Part shown: piece by piece, positions 49,673-62,630 of the stretch | Numbering within the stretch: position 1 is the first letter of the stretch | How the letters are laid out: the number at the start of each line of letters is the position of its first letter | Position numbers and translations under genes: made by a program | Notes under the pieces: model-generated | The model's input: only the letters and a program-made list of their open reading frames with translations | What the model was told of the DNA's origin: nothing | Database searches by the model: none | Source: Chiloscyllium plagiosum | Taxonomy: Eukaryota | Reading direction: 5' to 3' | Assembly (NCBI RefSeq): GCF_004010195.1 | Contig: NC_057719.1 | Location: forward strand, 37,754,547-37,818,546 | DNA length: 64,000 nt

Positions 49673-50452
49673 TCTTATACACTCATTCACTCAGTGATCA
49701 GGTCTAGTGAATGACAACATTTCCACAGAGACAGTCACATCAATAGTTCCAATGAGTTTCAAAGTTCCTAAGAGGTGACCAAAATCTTGCCTGAAGAAGT
49801 GGATTATAAGGAATTTAGGAAAATGAAATGGAAAGGTGAAGAGGTTCAGACAGGAAGAAACAGAACATAGGATCCAGGCAGCTGACGGCACAGCCACCAA
49901 GAATGGCACGTTTAGGATTGGGGATGAAAGGTATCTGGCAATAGTGTTCCGTGTTTGTGACCCTGACACTCATGTTCAAGGTCCAAAGTTGAATGTTAGG
50001 ACACCTTTTGACTCTGGTTCCAGAGGAACACAGTTCCATGGATAAGCATTTTGTAAGATCTGTGTTTGTTGATACTAAAAAAAACGTGAGGACTAGTTGC
50101 GTTCTTTGTAGTTGTAGGGATTAACTTGTACAGAATTAATATCCTCCAGGTTTCACTGATGCAGTGAGAACATCCTTTTGTAGAGTTTAGGAAAAATCAG
50201 GAATTTTGGGTCCTCTCCACTGCATAACCTTGTCTGAGGAGGCTCTCTTTTATCCTGGTTCTTAACTGATGAACCCCTCTCTGTGGCCAGTCACAGCTCA
50301 TATGAGCAAATCTCAGCTCATTGAATCACACGATGGTCTGCATATTTATACTATTCTGTTTTCCTTTATCCCAAGATTGCTGCACCCTGTTGGCCTTTAT
50401 CCCACTGATGTCGCCGTATTAGTTTTTCCAGACAGATGTCAGCAAATCGGGG

Positions 50453-50765
50453 GGGGGCATGGTGGCACAGTAGTTAGCACTGCTACCTCACTGCACCAGG
50501 GTCCCAGGTTCGATTCTAGCCTCAGGAGACTCTGTGTGGAGTTTGCACATTCTTCCCGTGTCTGCGTGGGTTTCCTCCGGGTGCTCCGGTTTTCTCCCAT
50601 AATCACAAAGATGTGCAAGCTAGGTGAATTGGCCATGTTAAATTGCCCATAGTGTTAGGTGCACTAGTCAGAGGGAGGTGGGTCTGGGTGGGTTGCTCTT
50701 CGGAGAGTCGGTGTGGACTTGTTGGGCTGAAGGGTCTGTTTCCACACTGTACGGAATCTAATCTA
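50453..50765 (+). mobile_element. HE1-type V-SINE
   Basis: ggcatggtggcacagtagttagc ... ggttcgattct ... V-domain ... gaatctaatctaa. Confidence 0.9.
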
Positions 50766-50799
50766 AAAAATCACCAAAATGTTTCATCATGATAACTAT

Positions 50800-51030
50800 T
50801 CGTTCACAGGATGAGGGCATCATTGACTAGGTCAGCATTTATTATTCATCCGTAATTTCTCAGAGGGCAGTGCAGAGTCAACCACGCTACTATGGATCTG
50901 GTGTCACATATAGGCCAGACCAGGTAAGGACTGTAGTGAACCAGATGGGCATTTCCCATGACAATTAATTCACCATCATCATTAGACTCCGATTTCCAGA
51001 TTTTTATTGAATTCAGATTCCACCTGTACC
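50800..51030 (-). mobile_element. Second tRNA-SINE family, partial
   Basis: Reverse complement matches 55560-55825 (ggtggaatctgaattcaataaaaatctgga...ccttacctggtctggcc...aataaatgctg). Confidence 0.65.
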
Positions 51031-51261
51031 TGTGTAAGCCGGGGATAGAATGGCATGTCAGCAGATGGAGGCATTGTGTGGGCATTGTCTGGGGTTGGGG
51101 ATTTAAGAGTAAGAAGTGAGAGACTGAGTGGAATTCCCACTTGGCTGTCTCCTTTCTCCATCATCCCTCTCTTGGGTCAACATCACACAATGCTCCCATT
51201 CTGCTTTGTGCCAGCCTGGTGGAGATCAGTGACAGGTTTGAAACAACCGGTATTATCCCTG

Positions 51262-52606
51262 AGTAGAAGGGATAATCCAGGTAATTATAAACCAGTGAGC
51301 TGATGTCAATGGTAGGGAAGCTGCTAGAGAAGATACTGAGGGAAGAAAATGGGCTAATCAGTGATAGGCAGCATGGTTTTGTGTAGGGAAGGTAATGTCT
51401 TACCAACTTAATAGAATTATTTGAGGAAATGGCAAAGTTGATTGATGAGGGAAGGGTTGTAGATGTCATTTACATGGACTTCAGTAATGAGTTTGATAAG
51501 GTTCCCCATGGTAGGCTGATGGAGAAGATGAAGTCGCATGGGGTCCAGGGTGTTCTAGCTAGATGGATAGAGAACTGTCTGGGCAGCAGCAGACAGTGGT
51601 AGTGGAAAGGAGTTTCCAAAATGGAGAACTGTGACCAGTGACATTCCACAGGGATCCGTGTTGGGACCACTGTTGTTGGTGATATACATAAATGATCTGG
51701 AGGAAGGTAAAGGTGGTCAGATTAACAAGTTTGCAGATGACATTAAGATTGGTGGAGTAGCAGACAGTGAAGGGGACTGTCAAGAGAATGCAGCAGAATA
51801 TAGATAGATTGGGAGTGTTGGGCGAAGAAATGGCAAATGGGGAGTTCAATTCGGGCAAATGCAAGATGATGCATTTTGGATGATCGAATTCTAGAGCAAA
51901 CTATATGATAAATGGAAAATTAATGTACAGAGAGATCTGGATGTTCCCTGAAGGTTGCAACGCAGGTCGATAGATGATCAAGAAACCATACAGCATGCTT
52001 TCCTTCATCGAACAGGATATTGAGTACAAGGTTTGGCAGGTCATGTTACAGTTGTATAGGTCTTTGGTTCGGCCAAGTTTGAAATACTGTGTACAATTCT
52101 GGTCACCACACTATCAAAAGGATGCGGATACTTTGGAGAGAGTGCAGAGGAGGTTCACCAGGATGTTGCCGAGTATGAAGGGTTCTATGAAGAGAGGTTA
52201 GATTAGGACTATTTTCATTAGAAAGACAAAGGTTGAGGGGGACTTGATTGAGGTCTATAAAATCATGAGAGGATGGATAGCTTTTTTCCCCAGAGTGGGG
52301 CACTCAATTACTAGGGGTCACGGTTCAAGGTGAGAGGGGAAAATTTTAAGGGAGATATTCTTGGAAAGTTCTTTACGCAGAGGGTGGTGGGTTCCTGGAA
52401 TGCGTTGCCATGGAGGTGGTAGAGGTGGGCATGATAGAATCATTTAAGATGTATCTAAACAGTTACATGAATGGGCAGGGTGCAGAGGGATACAGATCCT
52501 TAGAAAATAGGCGACAGGTTTAATAGAAGATCTTGATTGGCGCAGGCTTGGAGAGCCGAAGGGCCTGTTCCTGTGATGTAATTTTCTTTGTTCTATTCTT
52601 TGTTCT
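51262..52606 (+). mobile_element. CR1 LINE, 5'-truncated
   Basis: DNPGNYKPVS, KFADDIK, YCVQFWSPHY; tail tttgttctattctttgttct. Confidence 0.88.
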
Positions 52607-53520
52607 TTGTGGGAAAGAGCAGCTAGGACACACTCCTTACAGACCTTGGCACTAACCCACATGTTCAGTCATCGATGGGATGAACAATATCAACATCAAA
52701 ATACAAAGTACTGTGAACAGGTCAGATGACAGACAATGAGAATACTGGAATGGTTTCTCCTTGTGTGAACACATTAATGGGACATCCAGTCCCTGGACAT
52801 TTTAAAGGATTTCCCGTGGTCTGGACATTTAAAAGGCCTCACTTCACTTTGAACATACTGGAGTTTTGGCTACCTGATTTATATTAAAATATAAGTTCAA
52901 AAAGCTACAAAGGAAATACTTTTCTAAGATGACAGACAAAACAATAAACCTAGGAGAGAAGACATCCTAGCTTTCCCATTGAACAAAGCAGATTTTCAAA
53001 GGAAGGGAACTAATATAAATCCAGTTGTAACTTAAATGAACATTTAAACTTGAGTATAAAACTACAAGAAATCACAGAGAAAGAATGTTCAAGTGATGAA
53101 TTTCCTCTCTGCCAAAGGAGACAACATATGTTTACATGTCTTGGAGAGCTAATCGTGATCACAGGATACAGTAGGTTTTGGGGTTTATGTGATAACTTCA
53201 GAACATCTTACAAATTTTAAACCATATTAGCTGGATACTGAATAAAACACGCGATGTAAATGACAGTGAGAAGTAAATTCTTGAAACTGCTCAGACATCC
53301 TATGATAAAAAGAACTGCAGGTGCTTCAGATAGGATAGTCATCCCATCCATGACTGAACATGTGGGTTAGTGCCAAGGTCTGTAAGGAGTGTGTCCTAGC
53401 TGCTCTTTCCCACAAAGAACAAAGAATAGAACAAAGAAAATTACTTCACAGGGACAGGCCCTTCAGCTCTCCAAGCCTGCGCCAATCAAGATCTTCTATT
53501 AAACCTGTCGCCTATTTTCT
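52502..53520. repeat. Inverted repeat: arms 52502-52683 and 53339-53520 (182 bp), spacer 655 bp
   Basis: agaaaataggcgacagg...cagtcatcgatgggatga is the reverse complement of tcatcccatccatgactg...cctgtcgcctattttct, with only a few substitutions. Confidence 0.95.
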
Positions 53521-54014
53521 CAGAGGATGAGAAATACATTACCTGAAGGAGAAAATGCACAATGCATTTGGAGCACTGCATTATCATCCTCAGCACCAGA
53601 GCTTTGTATTCATTTCCTATTGATAGGGTGAAAGTTATGAAAGTGACCTTTTCTATAAAACCTTTCAGGGCCCTAGATAGGTTCAGAACTTCTGACAGCA
53701 AAGTGCAAAAACACTTAGTTTAGTACTAAGTTGTCAATGTTCAGAGGAGATAAGGTATCGAAAATGAAAGTGTCACTATGGAGCATGCTTGGAATATTCA
53801 TGTTCATAATGAAGTGGTTAAAAAATGATTTATTTCAACTAGCAATTGGAGGAAAAATTTGCTTCACTGTGTTTGTCTTTCAAATGGGTTTAGACCTAAA
53901 CCATCATGGAACAAAATTAACTGCCCAGCCTTTTTGTGGGTATGTTTTTGAATTGTATAGATGTTGACCATATCCATCTGAAAAATTCTAAAAGTGGAAA
54001 ACTTATAGGGACTT

Positions 54015-55480
54015 GTACTGAAATAAAAACAGAAAATGCTGGAAGCAGTCTGTTTCTCTCCATCGATGCCATCTGAGTTCATGAATTAGATCAATAATCC
54101 AATAAAAACTGAGAAGAATTGAAAATGTAATAGAGGGGTGAGTTGGCAAAAGCACAAGACGGAAGGTCTGTAATACAGTGAGAAACAGGTGAGATTAAAT
54201 GACAATTGTGCAAGGCCAAAGTGAGTGATATTGGGACAAGTGAAAAAATATAAGTTGTGTCAAGTGGTAATGTAAATAGTAGAATGATGAACAGCTGATG
54301 CCCAAGAGCAAAGAGTGAAACTACAAGTTGTGAAAAGAAAAGGCAGTAAAATTGGCACATAATCTGAAATTAGTGAACTCCATTTTGAATCTGGAGGGCA
54401 GTAAATTGCCTAATCAAGAAATGAATTGCTATTGCTTAAGTGAAAGTTAAAACATCATTAGAACACTGTGGGGGACGAGTGCTTGTAGACCGAGTGGAGG
54501 GGTTCTGCAAAACAGTCACTGGATCTGTGGCTCAGTGCAGTAGTTAGCACTGTTGCTTCACAGCACCAGAGATCTGGGTTCAATTCCAGCCTCGGGCAAC
54601 TGTGCGGAGTTTGAAAACTCTCCGCATGTCGGTGCGGGTTTCCTCTGGGTGCTCCGGTTTTCTCCCACAGTCCAAAAATGTGCAGGTTAGGTGGGTTGGC
54701 CATGCTAAATTGCCCACAGTATCCAGGCATGCAGGACTAGCCATGAGAATTACAGGGATACAGTAGGGGAGTGGGTCTGGGTGGGATGCTGTTTGGAGGG
54801 GGGGTGTGGATTTGATAGACCAAATGGCCTACTTCCACATTAGGGATTCTATTATCTGAATTTGGTGTCATTGTAGGCAGTAAATACAGTAAACTAAGTT
54901 GAGATGTCATTATGAATCACCTTTTTAAAATCTGGAATAAATATTTGAAACCTTGGATGGTGAGACAGGAGGAGGAACAAAACAAGTGTTGCACCTTGTT
55001 CTTGTGGAAACTGCTATAGGAAGACTAAGTAAGGAGGGGACCAGAGTGCAATTAAGAAAACAGTCTTTTCAGGCTTTGATAGGTGTGTTTTGTGGTGCCA
55101 TCCTGCTAGACATGTCAGAAATGGAGAAGGATAATCCATTCAATAGTTGAGTGGGACAGAAACAGACTGAAAAGAATAGGTTTACCAGTGAAATCCTATT
55201 CATACATGTTGCGAAGGAAGTAGAAATAGGCTGACTGGGGTTGGGATCTGAGATTTTTATCTGGATAGGGAGTATTTCTAAAAGCGACGAGGTCTTTCAT
55301 AGTCTGGAGACAATAGGGTGATGACCAGTATGGGGTCATGGTTCAGGAGGGATAGGATAAACTGTTACTGAATTGCATTCAGTCTCTGCAAGGTAAAGTT
55401 CAGATCAGCAGATAGTGTAGATAAGAGACAAAAGGGAAGTCCAGGTGGGGGTAGAAAACTAGAAGTAGAAAGGGGGGCTG
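54015..55480 (-). mobile_element. Old Penelope-like remnant interrupted by an HE1 SINE (about 54525-54850, plus strand)
   Basis: aaaacagaaaatgctgga terminus; ctgaaattagtgaactccattttgaatctggaggg and ccttggatggtgagacaggagg resemble the 13430-13800 region. Confidence 0.5.
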
Positions 55481-55509
55481 TGAAACAGAAAAGTGGGAGC
55501 TTTTGGTCT

Positions 55510-55830
55510 ATTGCTAGACTATTATTCTTCACAACCCAGGTAATGTTCTGGGGACTCGGATTTGAATCCCAGCATAGCAGATTAAGTTTTAATTCAAAAC
55601 AAAAGCTGCTGGAATTACGAGTCTGAGTACAACTCTATGAATCTCTAAGCAAGAAACCATTGTCGATTGGCAGGAAAAACCTATCTGGTTCACTGATGAA
55701 CTTCAGGGAAGGAAACTGCCATCCTCACCTGGTCTGGCCTAAACGTGACACCAGACCCACAGCAGTAGTTATGGATGTGCAATAAATGCTGGCCTCTTCA
55801 GCGATGCCCACATCCTATGTATGATTTTTT
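55510..55830 (+). mobile_element. Second tRNA-SINE family copy
   Basis: cccaggtaatgttctggggactcggatttgaatccc head; tail gcaataaatgctggcc...agcgatgcccacatcc. Confidence 0.7.
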
Positions 55831-55861
55831 AAAAAATGGCTGCTGTCTAGAGAAGTGTCTA

Positions 55862-56160
55862 GGGCGGCTCAGTGGTTAACACTGCTGCTTCACAGCTCCA
55901 GGGACCCAGGTTCGATTCCTGCCTTGGGTGACTGTGTGCAGTTTGCGTATTCTCCCTGTGTCTGCGTGGGTTTTCTCTGGGTGCTCCGGTTTCCTCCCAC
56001 AATCCAAAGATGTGCAGGTGAGGTGAATTGGACATGCTAAATTGCATTAGTCAAGGGTAAATGGGGAATGGGTCTGGGAGGGTTACTCTTCAGAGGGTTG
56101 GTGTGGACTTGTTGGGCCGAAGGGCCTGTTTCCATATTGTAGGGAATCTAATCTAATCTA
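55862..56160 (+). mobile_element. HE1-type V-SINE
   Basis: ggcggctcagtggttaac ... ggttcgattcc ... gggaatctaatctaatcta. Confidence 0.9.
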
Positions 56161-56584
56161 AACTGGCTGAGGAGTCTAATGCAAAGGAAGAAGAGCTCAG
56201 GATCATGCCAGCCTGAATTCATTGCAGTAGTTGTGTTTAATATAAGGTCTTTTCTAAGGACAGATCAGTTGTGGCCAGAGAAGATTAAGGGGTCTTGTGC
56301 TATAATGAGAATTGAGAACACCATTTTTCAAAAGTTACTTTTGTACTTTTAGTGATATTTTACAGAGTTTAAGTGAATTGAGACATTTTTGTTCTGCTTT
56401 TAAACAATTATTAAGTTCTAACACATTTCTACAGTAAAATATTAAGCTGAGCAGAAATCCTTTAGCCCCTTGGGACAAGCTGGGAGGTAGGAAGGCTGAC
56501 AAAATGGCACAAGAAATGTCAGAGTAGAACGCTCAACACATTCCCCCTATCATGCCCCCTATCGTTGCTAACAGTGGGAGAGTT

Positions 56585-57220
56585 AGAACATAGAACATAG
56601 AACATAGAAGAATACAGCGCAGTACAGGCCCTTTGGCCCTCGATGTTGCGCCGATCCAAGCCCACCTAACCTATACTAACCCACTATCCTCCATATACCT
56701 ATCCAATGCCCGCTTAAATGCCCATAAAGAGGGAGAGTCCACCACTGCTACTGGCAGGGCATTCCATGAACTTACGACTCGCTGAGTGAAGAACCTACCC
56801 CTAACTTCAGTCCTATATCTACCCCCCCTTAATTTAAAGCTATGCCCCCTTGTAATACCCGACTCCATACGCGGGAAAAGGCTCACACTGTCAACCCTAT
56901 CTAACCCCCTAATCATCTTGTACACCTCAATCAAGTCACCCCTAAACCTTCTTTTCTCTAATGAAAACAGCCCCAAGTGTCTCAGTCTTTCCTCATACGA
57001 TCTTCCTTCCATACCAGGCAACATCCTGGTAAACCTCCTCTGCACCCGTTCCAGTGCCTCCACATCCTTCCTATAGTATGGCGACCAAAACTGCACACAA
57101 TATTCCAGATGCGGCCGCACCAGAGTCTTATACAACTGCATCATGACCTCAGGACTCCGGAACTCAATTCCTCTACCAATAAAAGCCAGTACGCCATATG
57201 CCTTCCTCACCGCACTATTT
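56585..57220 (-). mobile_element. Young CR1 3' insertion with an uninterrupted ORF2 C-terminus
   Basis: 184-aa open frame to the natural stop (RPHLEYCVQFWSP...DSGLV*), CpGs retained, (ttctatg)n tail; near-identical to 42473-42740. Confidence 0.92.
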
Positions 57221-57749
57221 GGCACATTGGTTTCTTGCTACAGCCCAATTTAAACACGTTGATCAATTAAGAGCCACTTCCTGTCTCCAGGAACATTTTA
57301 CCTTGATTAGGTGAGCTTGGCACTGCTTAGGGAGACCACCCACTGAAACAAACCCCCAATTACTGTTGCATGCCTGCCTAGTCCCATCATCCCCGACAGA
57401 ACTTTCTTTGAGGGCACTCAGCACTGAGGCATCATCTTCTTGCATCTGCAATATAAGCAGTGGCCAATGCTAGCATTGGTGCTGCCAAGCTCCTGCACCT
57501 TCTGGTGAGGGCTGCCATCTTTATTTAGACATTACCTACAGCGTCACTTCATTCATTGACTGTAGGTGGCAGTCTTGCCTGCCATTTTCATCCCTGGTGA
57601 TGGAACATTGGCCATCTCTGTAAACTCCAGCCCCAAATGATCCTTTCTATCTAAACATGTTCTGTATTACTTAATGATGGAAATTTGTATAAGTCATGTC
57701 AGTTAACTAACAACATCACATTTTAATATTTATTACATGGCATTTGCAG

Positions 57750-57882
57750 GCTCTGATTGGTGGACTCGAAGGGCTCAGTGCCATTGTGTCTGTTTCCTGT
57801 ACAGATGATGAAATTTTCATGTTGACTGACGACCGTGATATAATTCGAATTTCCAACAAACCAGAATCTTTCAAGTTAATGG
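57750..57882 (+). CDS. TECPR2: TECPR2 coding exon 6 (gene continues past the window end)
   Basis: tttgcag| ALIGGLEGLSAIVSVSCTDDEIFMLTDDRDIIRISNKPESFKLM(G) |gtaagg; continues the TECPR2 alignment after a 21.7 kb intron. Confidence 0.9.
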
Positions 57883-58924
57883 GTAAGGTTGCTTGATTAT
57901 AAAACATCACTTCGGGCTGAGTTGGGTAAACCTGCATGTCTCATGGTACTATGGTAGATATCAGAAACATAACAATTTGAATGCTCGGTTTTCATTTGCT
58001 GACAGTCGGGAATTGATGTTGGTCTCTGTGTCTATGTGCCAACCAAGTAGAGGATATCAGAAGTCCTCCTTCTGTAGTCCTTAATGTACAATGTTTAGCT
58101 AGCCCATGAAGACTAAAAATATGAATCTTGCTCTTTGATCTCTTTCATAGCTGGAATGGTTCATTATATTCATTATCTAGACCTATGCATGACATGACCA
58201 CATGGTGTGTGCTAAAGAGCTATAGATTTCAGTGATCTGATCCAAGTATTATTCACAGAGCGGGAAGAAACTTAAAAGATCATAAAAATATTTAAGTTAA
58301 AGTGCATTCTGGCCAAGCAAATCTTTGGGAAAATTTTTATTGGGAGGGGATGATTGAGAACAGGTTTGGAGATCAGTCTGCTGTAAAATCTGCTGACAGT
58401 CCAAAAATTGCCACAGTCTTCTGTCACCCTAAGTTAAACTTTCTTCTTGGGTATAGTTTTACAGAACCCTGTTTTGATTTGTTTTTCAAGTTCGTAAATG
58501 TTTACACAAGATAGTATTTGACGTCAAAAGTTTATTTGTTGTGATAACCTGGTTGATTTCCACATTACAAGGATGTGCAGATTAGGTTAGGCTTTTTTAA
58601 GCCAGAAAACCATTGACTAAGAATAAAAAACATTTGAGGAACATTTGTAGATGACTGTACTTTTATTTTGTCTTCGTCTTCTGATCCTCAGGCACAACAC
58701 AGAAGATGGATTTGAACATGTGCCCAATATTACTCTTATTTTACTAATTTCAAAAGTTGTTCCTAAGTACAGTTCTGCACCAGACCTCCATATTTGTGCT
58801 ATAATCAGGATAGGGACCAATAACTTTTTAAAAAAGTACAGAAAATGTGAGTTTCCAGAGGATTTACTAAGACAGTGAAGCCACAGGATTCCTGCCTTGA
58901 ATAAACTGTACTAAACAATGTTAG

Positions 58925-59625
58925 AACAGTTTAGAACAAAAAAACAATACAGCACAGGAACAAGCCCTTCAGCCCTCCAAGCTTGTACTGCCACATTTTG
59001 CCCTACCATACTAAAACTGTCTTCACTTACAGGATCCATATCCCTCTATTCCTTTCCTATTCATTTATTCCTCCAGGTGCTTCTTGAATGCTGCTATTGT
59101 TTCTGCTTCCATCACCTTCTCTGGCAATGCATTCCAGGCACTCACCACCTTTTGTGTGAAAAAAACTGCCTCGCATGTCTTTTTTAAACTTCTCCTCTCC
59201 TGTGGCCCTTAGTAGTTGACCCCTCCACCCTGGGAAAAAGCCTCATGCCTTCCACTCCATCCCTGCCATTTATAATCTTATAAACTTCAATTGGGTCGCC
59301 CCTCAACTTCCTGCATTCCAGTGAAAATAAACCCAGTTTAGTCAACCTTGCTTCATAGCTAAAATCCCCCATACCTGGAATGACCTGGTAAACCTTTTCT
59401 GTACCTTCTCCAAAGCATCCACATCCTTCTGTTAGTATGGTGAAGAGAACTGTACACAATATTCTAAGTGTGGCCTAACTAAAGTTCTATAAAGCAGCGG
59501 CATAATTTGTCTATCTTTATACTCAATGCCACTTTCAATGAAGGTACGCATGTTATAAGCTTTTTTTAACTGCCTTATCTATCTGCACTGCCACCTTCAG
59601 TGATCTGTGGACCTGCGCACCCAGT
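58925..59625 (-). mobile_element. CR1 3' part, decayed
   Basis: LGLFSLECRKLRGDPIEVYKI; CR1 tail at about 58930. Confidence 0.8.
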
Positions 59626-59789
59626 GACAATGCATGTAAAACTTCTTTCTAACACCCAGAATTAATCTGTCATAAATACGGGCACTACACTGAGGTTGGT
59701 GTGAATTGACAGGAACTGAAAGTACAGAGCAGGTTTCAGTGAGGATGTTTAAAAATATTTAAAAAGTGTAATTAAAATGTATGTCAGCA

Positions 59790-60186
59790 GTAGTTCAATT
59801 GGTAGTACTCTTCCTGCAGAACATTACCAGGTCAAGGCCCACTAAAGAACTTAGGAATAGAAATCTAAGCTGGCTCTCCAGACCAATACTGCAGTGGTGC
59901 TATCTTTCCGTTGGAAAGTTAACCTAAGGCCCTGTCACTCCATTCAGGTAGTTACTAAAAGACAAAATTACTCAATTTCAAGAAGAACATAATGTATCCC
60001 CTAAGATTTGACCAATAATTATCCATCAATTAACATTTAGCTATTATCATATTTCTGTTTGGAAGTATTTGCTGTCCTCAAATAAACTGCTGCATCTCCA
60101 ACAGTGAATACTCTTCACAAGGTAATTATTTGGCTGTAACACACTTTGGGACATCTTGTGACTTTGAAAGGATCAATATAATTCAA
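59790..60186 (+). mobile_element. Highly diverged DeuSINE (SacSINE1/AmnSINE1-like)
   Basis: tagttcaattggtagtactct head; ttaacctaaggccctgtc...caggt; aagaagaac; accaataattatcc; ttatcatatttctgtttgg...tgctgt; ttggctgtaacacactttgggacatc tail. These match the Deu-domain order as I recall it. Confidence 0.6.
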
Positions 60187-61097
60187 TTTTTAAAAAAAAC
60201 CAAAACTGCCTGGAAATTTTATTGCAGCTTTGAAAGATCCTATGTAAAAGCAAAATTGAAGATATTGGGAGCCAACAACATGGTAACATCTAAGAATGTA
60301 GATGGATTCCAACATAGCAATTTATTTGACATATATATGTATAAAATTGAGAGGATTTGGGTTCATTGTAATTAACTTACACTCTCAATTGTGCATTCTT
60401 TTAGCCAAATAATTGTTTTGCACCTGCAATGGGTGTAAACATGAGGAATCTCCAAGCCTAAGCATTCTACAGAATATTGGTATAAAATGCTGTGTAGGTT
60501 TTGTATTGGCACTATGCATAATTACTTAATGCACATTGAATTCTGTGGTGGGATTAATGATTTCCAGATTTGTTTGACAGATGCTTTGAATCCTACACAG
60601 AAGAAACTACAGTCAAAAACGTAATCCACTTTGTTGTTATTTTCAGTGCCACTTCATGCAAGAATTAATCTGATTTTATTGTGGGGTTCTTGACATACAC
60701 AGTACCATCAAGCATTCACGTGGTCTGGTGTCTGTAGAACCTATTGTCATTCACAGGCATCTGGATAGATACATGAATAGGAAGCATTTAGAGCAATATA
60801 GGCTGAATGCTGGCAAATGGGACTATATTAATTTAGGATATCTGGTCAGCATTGACATGCTGGACTGAAGGGTCTGTTTCCATGTTATGCAACTCTGTGA
60901 CAAACAGTGTGGACTCTCATGTTGCAGAAAATAACCTGAGTAGGAGTTTCTTCTGTTCTCATTACTGGTTAAATTTAAGAAAAACTGTTTTTTTCTTTCC
61001 TTTGGACTTCCATTAAAGACTTATTTTGCTAAGTCTAATCCATTTAGTTCCTGGTAAGACTGATTCTGTGTTTTTAGAGAGCATTACCTCACTTTTA

Positions 61098-61545
61098 TAG
61101 AGTCATAGAGGCATACAGCACGGAAACCGATCCTTAGGTCCAACTCGTTCATGCTGATCAGATATCATAATCTAATCTAGTCCCACTTACCAGAACCTGG
61201 CCCATATCCCTCCAAACCCTTCCTACTCATATACCCATCCAAATGCCTTTTAAATGTTGCAATTGTACCAGCCTCCACCACTTTCTCTGGCAGCTCATTC
61301 CATACACATACCACCCTCTGCATGAAAAGGTTACCCCTTAGGTCTCTTTTATATCTTTCCCCTCTCACCATAAACCTATGCCCTCTAGTTCTGGACTCTC
61401 CCACCCCAGGGAAAAGACATTGTCTATTTATCCGATCCATGCCCCTCATGATTTTATAAACCTCTATAAGGTCATCCCTCAACCTCCGACACTCCAGCGG
61501 AAACAGCCCCATCCTATTCAACCTCTCTATAGCTCAAATCCTCCT
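61098..61545 (-). mobile_element. CR1/HER1 3' end
   Basis: ORF 61177-61521 RRLRDDLIEVYK...GYGPGSGKWD; tagagtcatagag tail. Confidence 0.9.
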
Positions 61546-61593
61546 GTTTTAGTTTCCTTCAATTCTCCACATACCCTGTACATATTCTGTTCG

Positions 61594-61863
61594 TAGAATC
61601 CCTACAGTGTGGAAACAGGCCATTTGGCCCAACAAGTCCACACCAACCCTTGAAGAGTAACCGACACAGAACCCATTCTCCTACCGTATTGCTCTACATT
61701 TCCCCTGACTATTGCATCGAACCCACACCTTCCTGAACACTATGGGAAATTTAGCATGGCCAATTCACCTAATCTGCACATCTCTGGACTGCATGAGGAA
61801 ACCGGAGCACCCAGAGGAAACCCATGCAGAAACAGGGACAATATGCAAACTCCACGCCCAAGG
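61594..61863 (-). mobile_element. HE1-type V-SINE, head truncated
   Basis: tagaatccctacagtgtggaaacagg ... aaccggagcacccagaggaaaccc. Confidence 0.85.
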
Positions 61864-62079
61864 CTGTTGTAGCTCTTCACAAAATATTTGCCACATTTGT
61901 CTTCTATATCTCTATTTATTCTTCACTTTCTATGTTAATTATGACTTGAGTATATACCGTATATACTCGAGTAATAGTTGAATTTTTTTGACTGCCTTTT
62001 AACGTTAAATTTATGGGGTCAGCTATTACATGGATACTTTTGAGGGGCTGAAATTCATGCCCGTCAAAATTCATACCGC

Positions 62080-62597
62080 ACTGTTGGAATATTGCGTGCA
62101 ATTCTGGTCTCCTTCCTATTGCAAAGATGTTGTGAAACTTGAAAGGGTTCAGAAAAGATCTACAAGGATGTTGCCAGGGTTGGAGGCATGGGGCTGTTTT
62201 CCCTGGACCGTCAGAGGTTGAGGGGTGACCTTATAGAGGTTTACAAAATCATGAGGGGTATGGATAGGATAAATAGACAAAGTCTTTTCCCTGGGGTCGG
62301 GGAATCCAGAACTAGAGGGCATAGGTTGAGGGTGAGAGGGAAAAGATATAAAAGAGACCTAAGGGGCAACTGTTTCACACAAAGGGTGGTACGTCTATGG
62401 AATGAGCTGCCAGAGGAAGTGGGGGAGGCTGGTACAATTGCAACATTGAAAAGGCATTTGGATGGATATATAAATAGGAAGTGTTTGGAGAGATATGGGC
62501 CGGGTACTGGTAGATGGGAATAGATTGGGTTGGGATATCTGGTTGGCATGGACAGGTTGGACCGAAGGGTCTGTTTTCATGCTGTACATCTCTATAA
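62080..62597 (+). mobile_element. CR1/HER1 3' end
   Basis: LLEYCVQFWSPSY, RLRGDLIEVYK...RYGPGTGRWE. Confidence 0.9.
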
Positions 62598-62630
62598 CTG
62601 TAAGCCCAACTGGTCTCTAACTGATCTCAT

